Origin: Veleropilina oligotropha
Taxonomy: Eukaryota
Reading direction: 5' to 3'
Assembly (NCBI GenBank): GCA_048128005.1
Contig: JBEUKZ010000129.1
Coordinates: 62,001-126,000 of the forward strand
Length of the DNA: 64,000 nucleotides
Part shown: piece by piece, positions 13,801 to 28,800 of the stretch
Position numbering within the stretch: position 1 is the stretch's first letter
How the letters are laid out: each line of letters opens with the position of its first letter
Made by a program: the position numbers and the translations under genes
The notes under the pieces: model-generated
Databases searched by the model: none
What the model was told of the DNA's origin: nothing
What the model saw: the letters and a program-made list of their open reading frames with translations, nothing else

Positions 13801-16800
13801 ATTGGATAATTCCTTAACGACGCTTATTGCTGGTTATTATTGTATAAAAAATTCTAGCGTCGTTAATAGGCAGGATCGTTTAGATATCACGTTGCGATTT
13901 TCTGTTATCCTGCCGTTTCTGGGATAATACGCCATTGTACTAACATAAAAACATCCACGAGGTTTTCAGGTGTTTTTCTGGGCGTTTTTTTCTAAGAAAG
14001 AACCCCCGTTTGTTCTAGTCAATTTGCCGGGTTTTTTACCGGGTCGTGCCGGGTTATTAACCGGCCTCGGTGTTCCCAGTTCGGGGTTTTTTGCGGTATA
14101 TCGCCTGATCTTTGATCTTCAGATCAGGGCAATTTTAAGAGTTGTCGTAGTAAATAGTCACAACTACCAAATATATACTTTTAACTACCCCGTTCCACCC
14201 ACTACTACCCTCCCGTGTATACAGGGAGAGGGAAGTATGGTCCGGTGCAACTCCGGGTGTAACCCGAAGTTTCACGGATTTCTAGGCGCACGGAATGCCA
14301 TGTTCACCGTAACTGACAGTAAGTCTTATAAATGTGAACTGTGCCTAGATTTAACAGCAGGCAGTGGGCGATCGTATATCCACCGATGAAGGCGACCAGT
14401 GCGGTTACCACGGTGGGTTCTCCCCCGAGAGTGGACAAAATGGTAGGTTAAAGGGAATTAACGTTTTTTTTTTGTCTACTTCAGGGACGCTGGACGACAG
14501 TCGACCATAAAATGTCCCGAGACCCTAAAAAAGGGTTCTCGGCTAGGAATACCGTCTGTCGCCAGATCTACCGGCGTAACCTCCGCGACTCATGGGGGAG
14601 TCGCCGTAACCTTGCCGGGACCCCAGATTCAGGTAGGAGCCCGAGTGCTGTTCGATCCTCCTAAAACGGGCCTAGTAACTGCAGCCAACCATACCTTGCC
14701 GGCTAGCAAGGTATATCTGGCAACGCAGCGAACCGCTGAACAGGGCAGACATTCCCCATCCTTTTCTTCGGCCTCGAAGAATAAGGGGACAGTTAGTCCT
14801 TCTGCGGGAAACTCTCCGTTTAACGACGGGGAGCGACCCAATGAGAAAGCCTTTAAAGAGGCCGGACACCATTACGATGGTCTAAGATCCGGACAATTGG
14901 CGACACCTGAATCCTCGTTCGAGACCGACGCGACTACCCCTAAGGGTTTTCCGCTCAACCTCGATGCTCACGAGCTTTTCAGAGGGCCCGTTCTCTCCCG
15001 TGCACCCACGATGGTCACGCTAGAGAACGTGGACAGACCGGCTGCGTTCGGTGAGAGGTTCTACGGCGGTTTTCCGACCGTGCCTCTCGCGAACAGAGTG
15101 GTAGGCCGATACGGACTGTTGCCGCAGTCCTACCGGTCGTCCGGCCCACCGAACGCGCCTCCGGGCCGTTCTTTCGGGTTCGACCACTCGACACGTGTCC
15201 CGAGACCCTAAAAAAAAAAAAAAAAAAGGGTTCTCGGCTACACCTGTCCATGCAGCCCGTCTACCTAGCGCCACGGTGACTTCGACCGAACTACTGGCTG
15301 TTAGTTCGACGCCCGTCATGCCTCCGGGTTTCTCTTTGGAGAACGTCCAGGCTATGTTCGCGGCGGAGTTCGAGTCCCGATGTCGGGCCTGGCAACCGGC
15401 TTCCTAGCCGCTCCAGGTACCTACACCTCTGCCTGTGGCGCAGAGCACGGCTCCTGCCTCCGTGGTGGGGATCGAACCTCGTTCCGACGAGGACCTCGAC
15501 TCCACTCACTCCGACCTCCCTGTATCGGTCGGGCCCGAAGACGCTGGTAGTCTTCCAGGCACGCAGGAGCCGACCTCCACCACCCGCCGAACTCGACGCT
15601 GTTGCGTCACTTCGCGGGGTGCTTGACCTGCCGGAACCGACTCGGTCGTATGTAGGCCCGGTCAAGCACAGGACGGCGGCGCATCGGTTTGTTGAGAAGG
15701 AAGCCCCCTTGCTTCCTTCCTTACCTCAGTCTGGGCTGGTTGATCGGGTGTTGACTCGACAACCAAGCTCAGTCGGGGGCGCAATCCGGTGGAGTCCTCC
15801 CCACTGACCGAGTACCCTTCGGTGTTCCGTAGTGGGAGGTACCTCCGGGCCAGTTCGCGTTCGATCCCGTTCGCATGTACTGGTCCGTGCCTGGCGACTG
15901 AGCCGGCTCGTGTTGACGCAGCGTTGCGTTGACTGACCGCCAGTCACACTCCCTCTGTAGCGAGAGTTCCTGGGTTCGCCTTGGAAGCTTTCGAGAGCTC
16001 CGCCCGATGGGCTCTGCGGCTGTCGTCCGTTCAGGATTTTTCCTAGACGGGGCGATAGCCGTATTACAGGAGGATGGACCCGGCGCCCGTGGGCTGCCCT
16101 GTCCTTCCTCCAGGAGGTTGCTGCCGTTATGGAGACCAACGCGTTGGAGACGGGACGTGTCCTGGGTAACGCCTACTTCGTAGGGACGCTTACCTGAAAG
16201 ACACCTCGCTAGATGAGGCCACCCGGCGCTCATTGCGATGCGTGCCTTGCGTGAGAGCGGCGGACCCGACGGACCGTACCATCGAGTAGGCGGTGCTGCA
16301 CCCCCCGGGGGTCCACCCGCCGACTTGAGGAAGCATTCAGGGCCCACCCGGACCCCGAAGCCTTCCAAGCGTGCATGGCCCTCTTCTGGTGGTAGGCCCC
16401 GGCCATTAACCCACTCCGAAGAGGCAAGCACCTCCAACAAGCTCCCGTCAGAGCGGGAGAGGGACGCCTCGGCCCTAGGGCTGCCGGCACACACGACAGT
16501 CCCAGCTGCCCGCTTCCGCCGGTGGAAGCGTATCTGTTAGCGTACAGCCAGCCGTGGCTAGACTACCAGACAGTAGCTGGGTCCCTCCGTCGTGAGTGCC
16601 GGATACACGTTGGTTCAACCGGCATCCGACCCTAAACGAGGCACCACCACCAAGACACGCTCGCCTCCTATACGGAGAGAAGCAAGCGGTCTTAGACCAG
16701 GCAGTGCGGGACCTACTCCTCAAGGAGCAATATATCCCGCGCCGCCCAGCACACCAGGATAATACAGCCATTTCTTCCTGGTCCCGAAACCCGAGGGCCG

Positions 16801-19800
16801 CTAGCGACCGATCTTCGATCTCTCGTATCTCAACTAATATCTTCGTACCGAGAAATTCCAGCAGGAAACCCTCTCGAAGATACGAGCGGCCATCCGTCCG
16901 GGCGACTGGGCAGCGTCTATCGATCTGACCGACGCGTATCTGCATGTCCCGATGCATGTCACAGCTCATCAGTACCTTCGGTTTATACACGGGGAGACGA
17001 TCTACCAATTCAGGTGCCTACCGTTCGGTCTATCGTCAGCCCCTTACGTCTTCACGAGAACAGTACAGGCCCTTGGGGCCTTCCTACACTCTCTAGGGCA
17101 CAGGGTACATATGTACCTCGACGACTGGCTGATCCTCGGGGCGTCCCGAGATCTGTGCCTCCGGTCTACGAGCTTTACCCTGTCATCGACGAAGCGCCTG
17201 GGATTTCAGATCAACGAGACAAAATCCTGCTTCGTGCCCTCGACGACGTTTACGTTCCTCGGAGTCGACTTCGATACGGTCCGGTACACCGCGAAACCGA
17301 CCCAGAAACGTATGCGGAACCTACGCGCGGTTATCCAAGACACCCTGTCATCGGACATAACTACAGCGCGACAACTGGCCACTGTCCTGGGGCACATCGA
17401 GTCGGTAGCGACCCTGCTACCGACGGGTCGCATGGACAAATGACCGTTACAACAGGCGTTCAGGGATCGCTGGATACAACGGACGGGGCAGTGGACGGAT
17501 CGCATCGATCTTCGGCATTGGTTTACCAACACGACAGCAGTGTGGTTGAACCCTGATTTGCTGGACCAGTCGGTTCCTATATCCCCGTCAGAGCCGAACG
17601 CTTACCTGTTCACAGACGCTTCGAACGACGGCTGGGGTGGTCACCTCGACAGTTACGAGACATCAGGCCTATGGCCGACGGACCTTCAGGGACGACATAT
17701 CAACTTCCTAGAGTTAGAAGCCGTCTACCTGTCAGTACGGTCCCTCTCGTTACATCTCCGCAACAAGCACATAATGCTCGCCACGGACAACACGACTGTC
17801 GTCGCTTACATCCAGCACCAGGGCGGCACTCGCTCGCGTCCCCTTTGCGACCGAGCAATAGACCTACACCGCCTAGTGATGTCCCTCAACTCGACGATTC
17901 GAGCCCGACACATCCCGGGAACGCTGAATGTCAGAGCGGATTCGCTCTCTCGGAAATCACAGATAATACACACAGAGTGGACGCTACACAGCCGAGTAGC
18001 TCGGGACGTTTGCCGCCGGTGGTCGCAACCCCAAGTCGATCTGTTTGCAACAGAATTCAATTACCGACTACCTCTGTATGTCTCCCCGTACCCGGACCCG
18101 GCCGCCCTAGCGGTCGCCGCAGTGTCAATGACATGGGAGAATCTGTCCGCGTATGCCTTCCCCCGTCGTGCATTCTAACACTGGTATTACAGAAGGCATC
18201 GAACGAACGTTGCAAGATAACGCTAATCGCGCCCCTATATCGCACGCAACCTTGGTTTCCGACCCTCCTCGATCTGATCGTCGACCGACCGTTATCGCTC
18301 CCGCAGAGACCGGGCCGGTTAATGCAGGCGCGCAGCCGTGTATTACAACATTGCCGAACGACTTACGTTTACACGCCTGGCGGTTATCGAACGATCCCTT
18401 GCTAAGAAAGGAATTTCTCGCGCAACAGCCCTACGCATCTGCCGATCGAGAAGGCTTTCCACGACTAAAGTTTATGACTACCGATGGGTTAAGTACGTGG
18501 ATTGGTGTCACAGCCGGCAGGTCAATATACTCCGCCCCCCTGTGAACAAGTTTATCGAGTTTTTATCGTCGCTCTTTGAACGCGGTATGTCAGTGTCCGC
18601 CGTCAAAGGCTATCGGACAACGGTCGCGAGTGCCGTGGCCGTGTTAGCCTCCCTAGCGACCGAACGCTTCGGTTTTCTCCGATCCTTCGAACTCGAAATT
18701 TCGACCCGTACGATACGGCCGCCAGCCTGAAACATCGCTCTCACGCTCTCCTTCTACCCATACTAGCCTATGGGCCTGACCTCTATGAGGAACTTAACGC
18801 ACAAAACGGATTTTTCTGATCGCCTTAGCGTCGGGCAGGCGTTGTTCCGTATTTCATAGTCTATCCGCAGAGCTACGAGACGTTCGTTTCCAGTCGACGG
18901 GTCGGTGATGCGGCGTCATATCTTGGGTTCCCTCGCCAAGAATCAACGGCCGACCGAAGACGCACCCGTTATTGTTATCCCCAAGCTTTACGCTGGTCAG
19001 AGACCCGATGTGGACCGATCAACCTGTCATATGCGTGCCTACATTACTACCTCGACAGGACCCGTGATACGCGGCAGGGAAAACTACGTATATTTTATTC
19101 GTATTTACCTTCTCATATCCGCGACATTACGTAGACGACTGTTTCGCGGAGGTTTTCACAGGTAGTGAGAGACTACTCTCGCTGTGAAAAGTAGGCCGCA
19201 CGCACTATTGTATCGATCCGCGCGCACGAGGTCCGTGCTTTCGCAGATACACATCTCAACGTTGCTTCTCAAAAATGTCTTTATTAAGCCTTTTCTGTGG
19301 GATTATTCCATGCGGCTGATGGATTGTGCAGTCTACATAGTAACTGCTCAACGATGTATTGTTAGACCGAGGTCGTCTAATCAGTGAGTATTGTTCCTTG
19401 CTTTATCAATTTACATAATCTGTGCTGATGCAATGCTATTGTTATGCCTAGCTATTCTATGAAATAGACATTCTGAGGCGATTCAATGTATGTTCATTTC
19501 TTGAAAACATTTTAAGATCTTGATACTTTCATGTCATACCTGAGTATTTTGACAAGCCAGTTCACATTGAATTTAATAAACAATTATTTTGCATAAACGT
19601 CTTATAGAATTTTGAGGTTCAATATTATTGATGTTCTAGGCTGTTACAAAGAACATACGATGTTCAAGACATTGAAAAAATTTTAATATTTGCTTCCTTA
19701 AAATTTAAGCTATTCGCAAGTTGGTCATGCGAATCACTTATTAATATCGATTAATATAAATAATCTATTAATTCTTTGCTTAAGATTTGATATATTCACA

Positions 19801-22800
19801 GCCTAACTAAGGTTCCGTGTGCTTACAAATCAGACTGCTTCCTCTGGCTACCTGCCTACGGGCCGGAGTACCATTTGGCTGCCACTGGTCCATGACACGT
19901 AAGACCTACAAGGATAATCCTTCCGGCCGTGCCTGGGGCTGAGTGCACTTCCGCTTCACCTCGTCCGACTAACACCACGGCGTATTCTCCCGGTAACACT
20001 GGTCGAAATTCTCGCCTGGTAAGAGTAGAATATAATACTCAGTAAATTCCACTCTGGGCGGACACAATCGACGCTTCATGCTGATTGAAATGGTGAAAAG
20101 TAAGTCATTATCTTGTTTGGGTTTGCTGTAAGGAACTTCTTACCCACCTATCCAAGGTTATTCTGGCAAGAGTAAGGACGTAAGTATGTTTGTAACTACA
20201 TATGAGGTTTTTAATTAAACCTAATATTAGTTAAAACATACTTACGTCCTTACTACGATTACCCACCCTGCGTTTCGCATTCCTCCCCTCTACTAAGTTC
20301 CTTTGGGGTTCTGAACTTTGAATTGAGGTCTTGTGACTTCGATGGTTCGGAAGTCTCGCGAGACTTGGCGAGATCTCGCTGGGGGAACTTAGGAGAGGGG
20401 GAGCAGGGGAGGTGATCGTAGTGTTTTGACTTAAAAGGAGTGCATAATGTGACTTTATTCACTGTTTCCGGTTGGCGATAATATGACTATTATGGCAAGA
20501 GTAAGGACGTAAGTATGTTTGAACTAATATTAGGTTTAATTAAAAACCTCATTTTAACGACATTTCTGTGATATAATATTTAAATAGCTCTCGGTGTTCG
20601 TTTCAAAGTAAAGCAATGGAACATCGTTCATATGAACAACAGCATTATATGGAGTATTGCCAGATTCTTCTGAACGTTAAACGTGTATTACATTTTCTTC
20701 ATTTGGGTAACGAATTTAATGTGCTTGAAGTTTGTTGTCAGTGCAAAAATGTTGTCTACGCGTTAAAATAATTAATATTTTCTTTTCAGTGTCCAAGTGT
20801 ACTAGAATGGACTCGTCCGCAGATAAATGTACCTCTTTGGATTATATAGTGCGTTAAACATGCTTTCCTCATTTTCTGGAATGGAATCGTCCATAGCATG
20901 GAATTAATGCACATAACGCTTGTTTAATTGGTATTTCAAGCAGACACAATGATTTTGTAGCAGTGGATTCGTGAAAAATATTCTACAGTTAATACAATGG
21001 AAACGTAGGTCAAAATGGATTAAGAGTGCATCACCTGGCCCACATAGCTGGGGGCTCTCATGTTGTGAGTGCACCACCTGGCCCACATGGCTGGGGGCTC
21101 TCATGTTATGAGTGCATCACATGGCACAACATGGCTCACATGGCTGGGGGATCTCGGGATGTGAGTGCACAACCTGGCCCACATGGCTGGGGCTCTCGGG
21201 TTATGAGTGCATCACCTGCCCCACATGGCTGTGAGCTCTCAGGTTTCAGTGCACAACCTGGCCCACATGACTGGGGGCTCTCGGGTTGTGACTGCACAAC
21301 CTGGCCCACATGGCTGGGGGCTCTCGGGTTATAAGTCCATCACCTGCCCCACATGACTGGGGGCTCTCTGGTTGTGAGTGCACAACCTGGCTCACATGGC
21401 TGGGGGCTCTCGGGTTATCAGTGCACAACCTGGCTCACATGGCTGGGGGCTCTCGAGTTGTGAGTGCACAACGTGGTCCACTTTGCTGTGAGCTCTCGGG
21501 TTGTGAGTGCACAACCTGGCCCACATGGCTGGGGGCTCTCGAGTTGTGAGTGCACAACCTGGCCCATATGGCTGGGGGCTCTTAGATTATGAGTGTGTCA
21601 CCTGGCTCACATGGCTGGGGGCTCTCGGGTTGTGAGTGCACAACCTGACCCACATGGCTGGGGGCTCTCGGGATGTGAGTGCACAACCTGGCCCACATGG
21701 CTGGGGGCTCTCAGGTTATGAGTGTGTCACCTGGCCCACATGGCTGGGGGCTCTCAGGCTGTGAGACCTTCTCTTGGCCCACATGGCTGGAAAATGCGCT
21801 TTCACTGGCAAGTGACCATATCAACATCGTCTTCTGCCAAATGGCAATTGAACTTGTCACAGATTGAGTTATGTACGACACAGTGAGGTTGACATCATAA
21901 CCAAGAGAACATGAATGACTTTAGCCATCACAGTGAACAAGAAATTTACAATCATGTAGCAGCAGCAGCATCAATGTGCATTGTGAAACGACAAGTACAA
22001 TCATGTAGCAGCAGCAGCATCAATGTGAAACGACAAGTACAATCATGTAGCAGCAGCAGCATCAATGTGCATTGTGAAACGACAAGCGCGTGCAAGCCAT
22101 TGATGAGATTTGTCATGCAACGACCAGCTGAATGTAAGAAAATTGCAATTGGATGTTAGCGCTCCATTGAGGTACTTACTCTTATCAGGTGGCACCTCTG
22201 CCGTCTGCCACTGAAGCGAATACAATACACCGGTACCTGAATCATTTGATTGAAGCAATTGCTGACTGCGCGAAACTTTTTAATATGGCATATTTTAATT
22301 TTTGAAAAAAAAGTGGAAACAGGTACTAGTAATTCAACTCCTGCTATAAATCTTTTCTTTTATTTTTAGTTTGATGTATGTGATCAATTTTCAAAGCATA
22401 TTAACCATTTTTATTATAGTTCCATATTTTATTTATATAATCCTAGAAGTTTACTCACACCCTGGTTGTTGCGATTCTGAGTGTATTGCTTCTTGTTTTC
22501 AGAACATTATGGAAAAAATGCTGCTTTTCTGGTGATGGTGAATATATTGTAGCGGGTTCAGCTCGACAACACTCGTTGTATATCTGGGAGAAAAGCGTGG
22601 GGAATCTGGTGAAGATTCTGCATGGGACGAAGGGAGAGCTGCTGCTGGACGTTGTGGTAGGAGTTGTCTCCCATGTAATATTGACGTGTTCATATTTAAT
22701 GAAGCAGTTTGACATCCTAATTAATTATAGAACATTTGGAAATAGTCGTCATAGTAAATGTTTTCAATGGGAAGTTAAATTAATTATTAGATTTTACAGT

Positions 22801-25800
22801 ATTTCATCACTGTTATAGATGCCTATATTTGCTTGTGCTATACTTAATATAACACACATGCATTTTAATTCTTCTTTGGTAGGAATTGCTATTGCAATAA
22901 AAATTACACTAGATTTATCGCCTGTAGTCCTTAGCATGATGGAGACAGCGAAAGGGATTGCAGTTTTTAAATATCAGATTTGTATTGAGCAAATTTTCAA
23001 ACCATTTTCCAGCCTACATAAAACTTTTAACTTGACTGGAAAGATTTCTTTGCACAGTGTTTGTTATTAACCCTATGAGCGTGGCTGTCACTGAATGTCA
23101 AAATTATTCAGTGTTGAAAGAGTTAAACAGCATTTTAATCTTGTTTTGTTATCTTTGTGTGAGTCCATTTTAATATCTTTGTTCTTGTGCTTCAGTGGCA
23201 TCCCGTTCGCCCCATTCTCGCCTCCATATCCAGTGGCTTGGTGTCGATATGGGCGCAGAACCAAGTTGTAAGTAATGGGACCGGATAATGACATTAAACC
23301 AGGGTACCAAGTGCATAAAAATTGTTAGTTGCCATAAAACATGAGAGGTACCCATTCTTCTTCAAAACAGCATAGCATTGAAGATGATATTGAAATAACA
23401 GATAGGGACTATACCAACAAGTTTGCTAAAGTACTGCATCAACTTATTTAGTGCTGGCAATGGGCATGAAAACAATTGGGAATCAAGAAATCAGTAAAAT
23501 TGAATTTCAGTATTGTGATGAAATTCGTATGAGATTTGTTATCCCCCGATGCTAACCAGGGGGATCTTGCGATCGCCCAGTCTGTGTGTCCGTCTGTCTG
23601 TATGTAATCGATATCGTTCCCAGAGCATATCTCGTACACCGTTCGACATATCTTTACGAAACTTGCTGGGTGTATTACGTACTAGTAGGTGAATTGGTGC
23701 CTTTTGCCAGTCTCGACGTTGTGCGATGATTATTAACAGAGTTATTGCCCTTGCTGTAAATTCGTGAATGTTATCTTTTCTGGAGCGTATCTCGTACACC
23801 ACTCAACACAACTTTACGAAACATGCTGGGTGTATTACGTAATAGGTGAACTGATTCCTTTTGCCAGTTTCGATGTTATGCAGCGAATATAACAGAGTTA
23901 TTGCCCTTGCTGTAAATTCGTTAATGTTATTTTTTCCGGAGCGTATCTCGTACACCGCTCGACAATACTTTATGAAACTTGCTGGGTGTATTAGGCTAGA
24001 TCGCCCAGTCTGTCTGTCCATATGTAATCGATATCATTTCTGGAGCATATCTCTTACACCGTTCGACATAACTTGACGAAACTTACTGGGTGTATTACGT
24101 AGTAGGTGAACTGGTGCCTTTTGACAGTCTCGACGTTGTGCGACGATTATTAAATTTGTGAATGTTATCTTTTCCGGAGCGTATCTCGTACACTGCTCAA
24201 CATAACTTTACGAAACATGCTAGGTGTATTACGTAGTAGGTGAACTGATGCCTTTTGCCAGTCTCGACGTTGTGCGGCAATTATTAACAGAGTTATTGCC
24301 ATTGCTGTAATTTCGTTAATGTTATATTTTTTCCGGATCATATCTCGTACACCGCTCGACATAACTTTATGAAACTTGCTGGGTGTATTAGGCTAGATCG
24401 CCCAGTCTGTCCATCCGTCTGTCTCTATGTAATCGATATCATTTCCAGAGCATATTTCGTACACCGTTCGTCATAACTTGACGAAACTTGCTGGGTGTAT
24501 TATGTAGTAGGTGAACTGGTACCTTTTGCTATTCTCGACGTTGTGCAGCTATTATTAACAGAGTTATTTCCCTTCCTGTAAATTCGTGAATGTTATCTTT
24601 TCCGGAGCATATCTCGTACACCGCTCGACATAACGTTACAAAATTTGCTAGGTGCATTAGGCTGTGTTTCCATGTATGCGGTTTATTCCTGTCCGATTAT
24701 CTGCATGTGGCATCCCGCGCGGCAAATTCATTAACGTTGCACCCAGGGGAATACGTCATCTTCTGATGGCTCTTGTTTTATGTAGTTTTCAACCAATAGG
24801 AAAACTGGAGTGCATTTGCCCCTGACTTCAAGGAGCTGGATGAGAATGTGGAATATGAGGAACGGGAGTCTGAGTTCGATATTGAAGACGAAGACAAAGA
24901 AAAGGAAGAATCAAAAGGTGATAATAAAAGCCCACAAGACAGAGGGCTGCCAGTCAAGAAATGCATCTGTATTGTCATTAAATATTATCAGAATGAAGTG
25001 TGTGAATTGGCCGTAGATATTACATGATATGTAATTATTGTATCCCCGAAATTTAACATTTCGGGGATAGTATGGTTTAGGCATCGTTCAGCCGCCGCCG
25101 CAGAGATTTCTTGTGTGTGCTCTACAGTGAAAGGTTATAATCCAATTTGATTTTCGTCGTTTTCGGATTCAAGATGGCTGCCGTGGCGGCCATTTTGTTT
25201 GGAGAGATTTCCTGTGTGCGCTCTACAGTAAAAAGTTATTATCCGATTTGATTCATATTTGGTATACGCGTTCGTTATGATGAGTACATGCCGCCTAAAC
25301 ATTTTCGTCGTTTTTATGCCACCACCAATTTATTGGGGTGGCATTTAGATTTACTCTTGTCCGTCCCGTCCGTCCGTCCCGTCCCGTCCGTCCCGAAACC
25401 AGTATTTGCGTGTAAGCAACTCCAATCTGCTATAACTTCTATTTGCCTTCATGGATTGACTTGATACTTTGTACACTGCCCCTATGGTCAAGGCTGCCAG
25501 TGGGGGCATTCGTGTCCGATGGACATATTTCTAGTTTAATCCAAGATAGCCACCTTGGCAGCCATTTTGCATGATTAGATTACTTGTACGCGCTCGACAG
25601 TGAAAAGTTATTTTCCGATTTGATTCCAATTTGGTATGCATGTTAGTTATGATGAGGACACACCACCTAACGATTTTTTGTCGTTTTCGGATCCAAGGTG
25701 GCCGCCACGGCGGCCATTTTATTTGAAGATATTTCTTGTGCACACTACAGTGAAAAGTTATTTTCCGATTTGATTCAAATTTGATATGCCCGTTAGTTGT

Positions 25801-28800
25801 GATGAGGACACGCCGCCTAACAATTTCCTTTTGATTTCGGATCCAAGATGGCCGTCGCGACGGCCATTTTATTTAAAGATATTTCTTCTGTGCGATCTAC
25901 AGTGAATAGTTCTAATCCGATTTGATTCAAATTTGGAAAACATGTTTAGTATTATGAGGACACGGTGCCTATTGAATTTTGCTACCATGGGGAGGGGATA
26001 CATCTCCTCGACTTGCTGGGTCGAGGATTCGCTAGTTTTTGCTCTGTTTCATTTTAATCACTTATTGCGGAGGCTGCTTGGGGAGCTAATACGACTGTTT
26101 ACTAGTCCAATTTTAACATTTTTCAGGATCATAGCGGGACACGTTCATTTTTTCCTCTGGAAAACGGTTTATCTGATTTTTATGCCACCACCAATTTATT
26201 GGGGTGGCATTTAGATTTACTCTTGTCCGTCCCGTCGCGTCCGTCCCGAAACCAGTATTTGCGTGTAAGCAACTCCAATCTGCTATAACTTCTATTTGCC
26301 TTCATGGATTGACTTCATACTTTGTACACTTGCTTATCATCATTCATCCTTCGCTTCTGCGACCCATCCATGTCGCCGTATGGCCAAGGTCAAGGTCAAA
26401 TGACTTAGCTCTTCAAACCAGTATTTGCGTGTAAGCAACTCCAATCTGCTATAACTTCTATTTGCCTTCATGGATTGACTTGATACTTTGTACACTGCCC
26501 CTATGGTCAAGGCTGCCAGTGGGGGCATCCGTGTCCGATGGACACATTTTTCTAGTTTTAATATGACATTGTCCCAGAATTATTATATTTGTTGCATACA
26601 TTTAACAAGTCTTCATGCATGAATGACTCTTGGAACGCCCATTTATTATATATTAAAACTAAACTGAATATCTATATTCCTTTCAAAAAAGTTGATTTCA
26701 AGACCGCATATTAATGAGTTGCTGTATAGTACCGATAAAAGGCAAATTCTGAAGATAAGAATACTGATACATGAAGATAAGAATACTGATACATGAAGAT
26801 AAGAATACTGATACATGAAGATAAGAATACTGATACATGAAGATAAGAATACTGATACATGAAGATAAGAATACTGATACATGAAGATAAGAATACTGAT
26901 ACATGAAGATAAGAATACTGATACATGAAGATAAGAATACTGATACATGAATTTGTTCTGAATCCAGCCTCTCCTCCAGGTAAGTGCGACATTGCATACC
27001 CTAGATAATGCTTTCCTCTCAAAGGCCCCACCGACGATTCTGATAAAACAGTCCAATTCCTTGGCTGAGCACTTGTTCAATTAATAGTCACAGTTGTCCA
27101 TAACTTGTTAATAATGATGGATTTCCCCAGATGACCAGGATTTCCAAACTGCCAGGATCATGCTTTGCTCTCGAACATGATGTGTACATGATTTACTCTA
27201 TTTTGCAGGGCCATTTGAAGAGGATATTGAGGTGGACGTGACCGAAGTAGAACCCATTCAGGCGTTCGTCAGCAGGTAAGAGCCAACAGAAATTCTCACT
27301 TACGGGAGAATATCTTGACTATATTGTTTTTAAGTCAGAGGTGTGCTTTATATAATTATACAATATATTTATGTAATTTTATAATATATTTTGTATATTT
27401 ATGTAATATTTATGTATATTATAATTAGGCCATTTCGACAAACATTATTTGATCAATTTATGAATCACATGTGTCCGTAACAGGTCTGAGAGGGCGGGTT
27501 TCCCCGGGCGACCGGGCTTTCCTCCCGCGATAATATGGATATGTCCTGCTTTGAACCAAATGATGGTTGGAAATATACAGGACTTTAAGCATCGATCCTT
27601 TCATTTCTTTTTATGTCTATTATTCTCTCCGCTGACCATGTTCTATGTAACAAGACTTTCTACCTACAACTGTTCATGAATTGTTTATTTTTCAGTGATG
27701 AAGATGATGAAGACACACTTGCTCTTCTTTACCTTCCTGTTTCACCCGATATTGATGAGCCTGAAGACGGGTGGCTGCAATCCACTGACCCAGTGAGTCT
27801 GTTGTCAAGTCAACATTAGATCATAGTTAAAATGACTTTATGTGTATGTGAAAATTTGAGATTTATATTTATATTTGACATTATATCTCCATTTCGTAAT
27901 CAATGCGTCCACAGAGATATTAGATTTACTTCAAATATTCACATTTTAATTTGTTATGATACGGCCCCGAATAATTAAGTTTAGTCATTTTCGCATTGAA
28001 TATACTAGCATTGGTACCCGTCTTCGCCGGGCAAGTCCCCCCACCCCAATTTTTTTTTTTTTTTTTTTTGGATAGTGCTCCCTTAAATAATATTTTTTTT
28101 TCCCGAATTTTCCGAATTTTTTTCGTGGTAAACCTTCCTTGGGGGACCCCGATTAACCCCCCAAAGTTTGAAGGTCCTAGGTCAAAGCGTCTGGGAGGAG
28201 TTCAACTTGAAACAGACAGACAGACAGACACACACACATACAATTATAGCTCCATTATATTAAGATATGGCCTCCATCAAAGGGTAATAAACCCCATCGA
28301 GTTTTGCTAGTTATCAAAGTTAAAACTGTTTATCGTGCCAGTGGAGGTGGAGGTGCTAGGTCATTATTACGAATAATGATAATGATTATGTTGTCACATT
28401 AGGTTCCTGATGATGTGCAACAAGATCGGAAACGCTCGCAACAATCCTCAGATCAGCAGACAACGCCAAAAAAGAAGAGGGTTCGAACGGTTGACGTGGA
28501 TTTACCGGAAGCACCAATCGACGGTAACGGCATTTAACTTAATTAGTATAGTCTGTACTGAGTTATGTCCTTGGCACCATTTTGTTTTAAGACCTCTTTA
28601 ACAATTTTCAGCCATATCATAGTTGGAATCCGTAGTCTAAGGTGTCGATCCGATCAGATTGACATATAGGACATATGGCTTCTATTATTTTAGGAAGACC
28701 CGCCTAACACGCACTGTCGAGTGGGCGACAAAGAATATGGAAGCTTGTGGTCTTTATCTTCACCCACATTGTGGTGGAAGAACGTGTTTCAATTGTGTCG

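Larger units (their letters stand above)
13250..20552 (+). mobile_element. Full-length DIRS1-type tyrosine-recombinase retrotransposon with degenerate ORFs
   Basis: ITRs at 13261-13468 and 20314-20521; ICR at 20164-20254 complementary to both ends; RT, RNase H, methyltransferase-like and YR motifs inside. Confidence 0.93.
12776..21024. mobile_element. ~0.95-kb hairpin-ended non-autonomous element without TSD (Crypton- or Helentron-like), interrupted by the DIRS element
   Basis: 42-bp perfect palindrome arms at 12782-12823 and 12842-12883; 16-bp inverted repeat at 12887-12902 and 21009-21024; splits a 43-bp minisatellite without a TSD. Confidence 0.65.
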
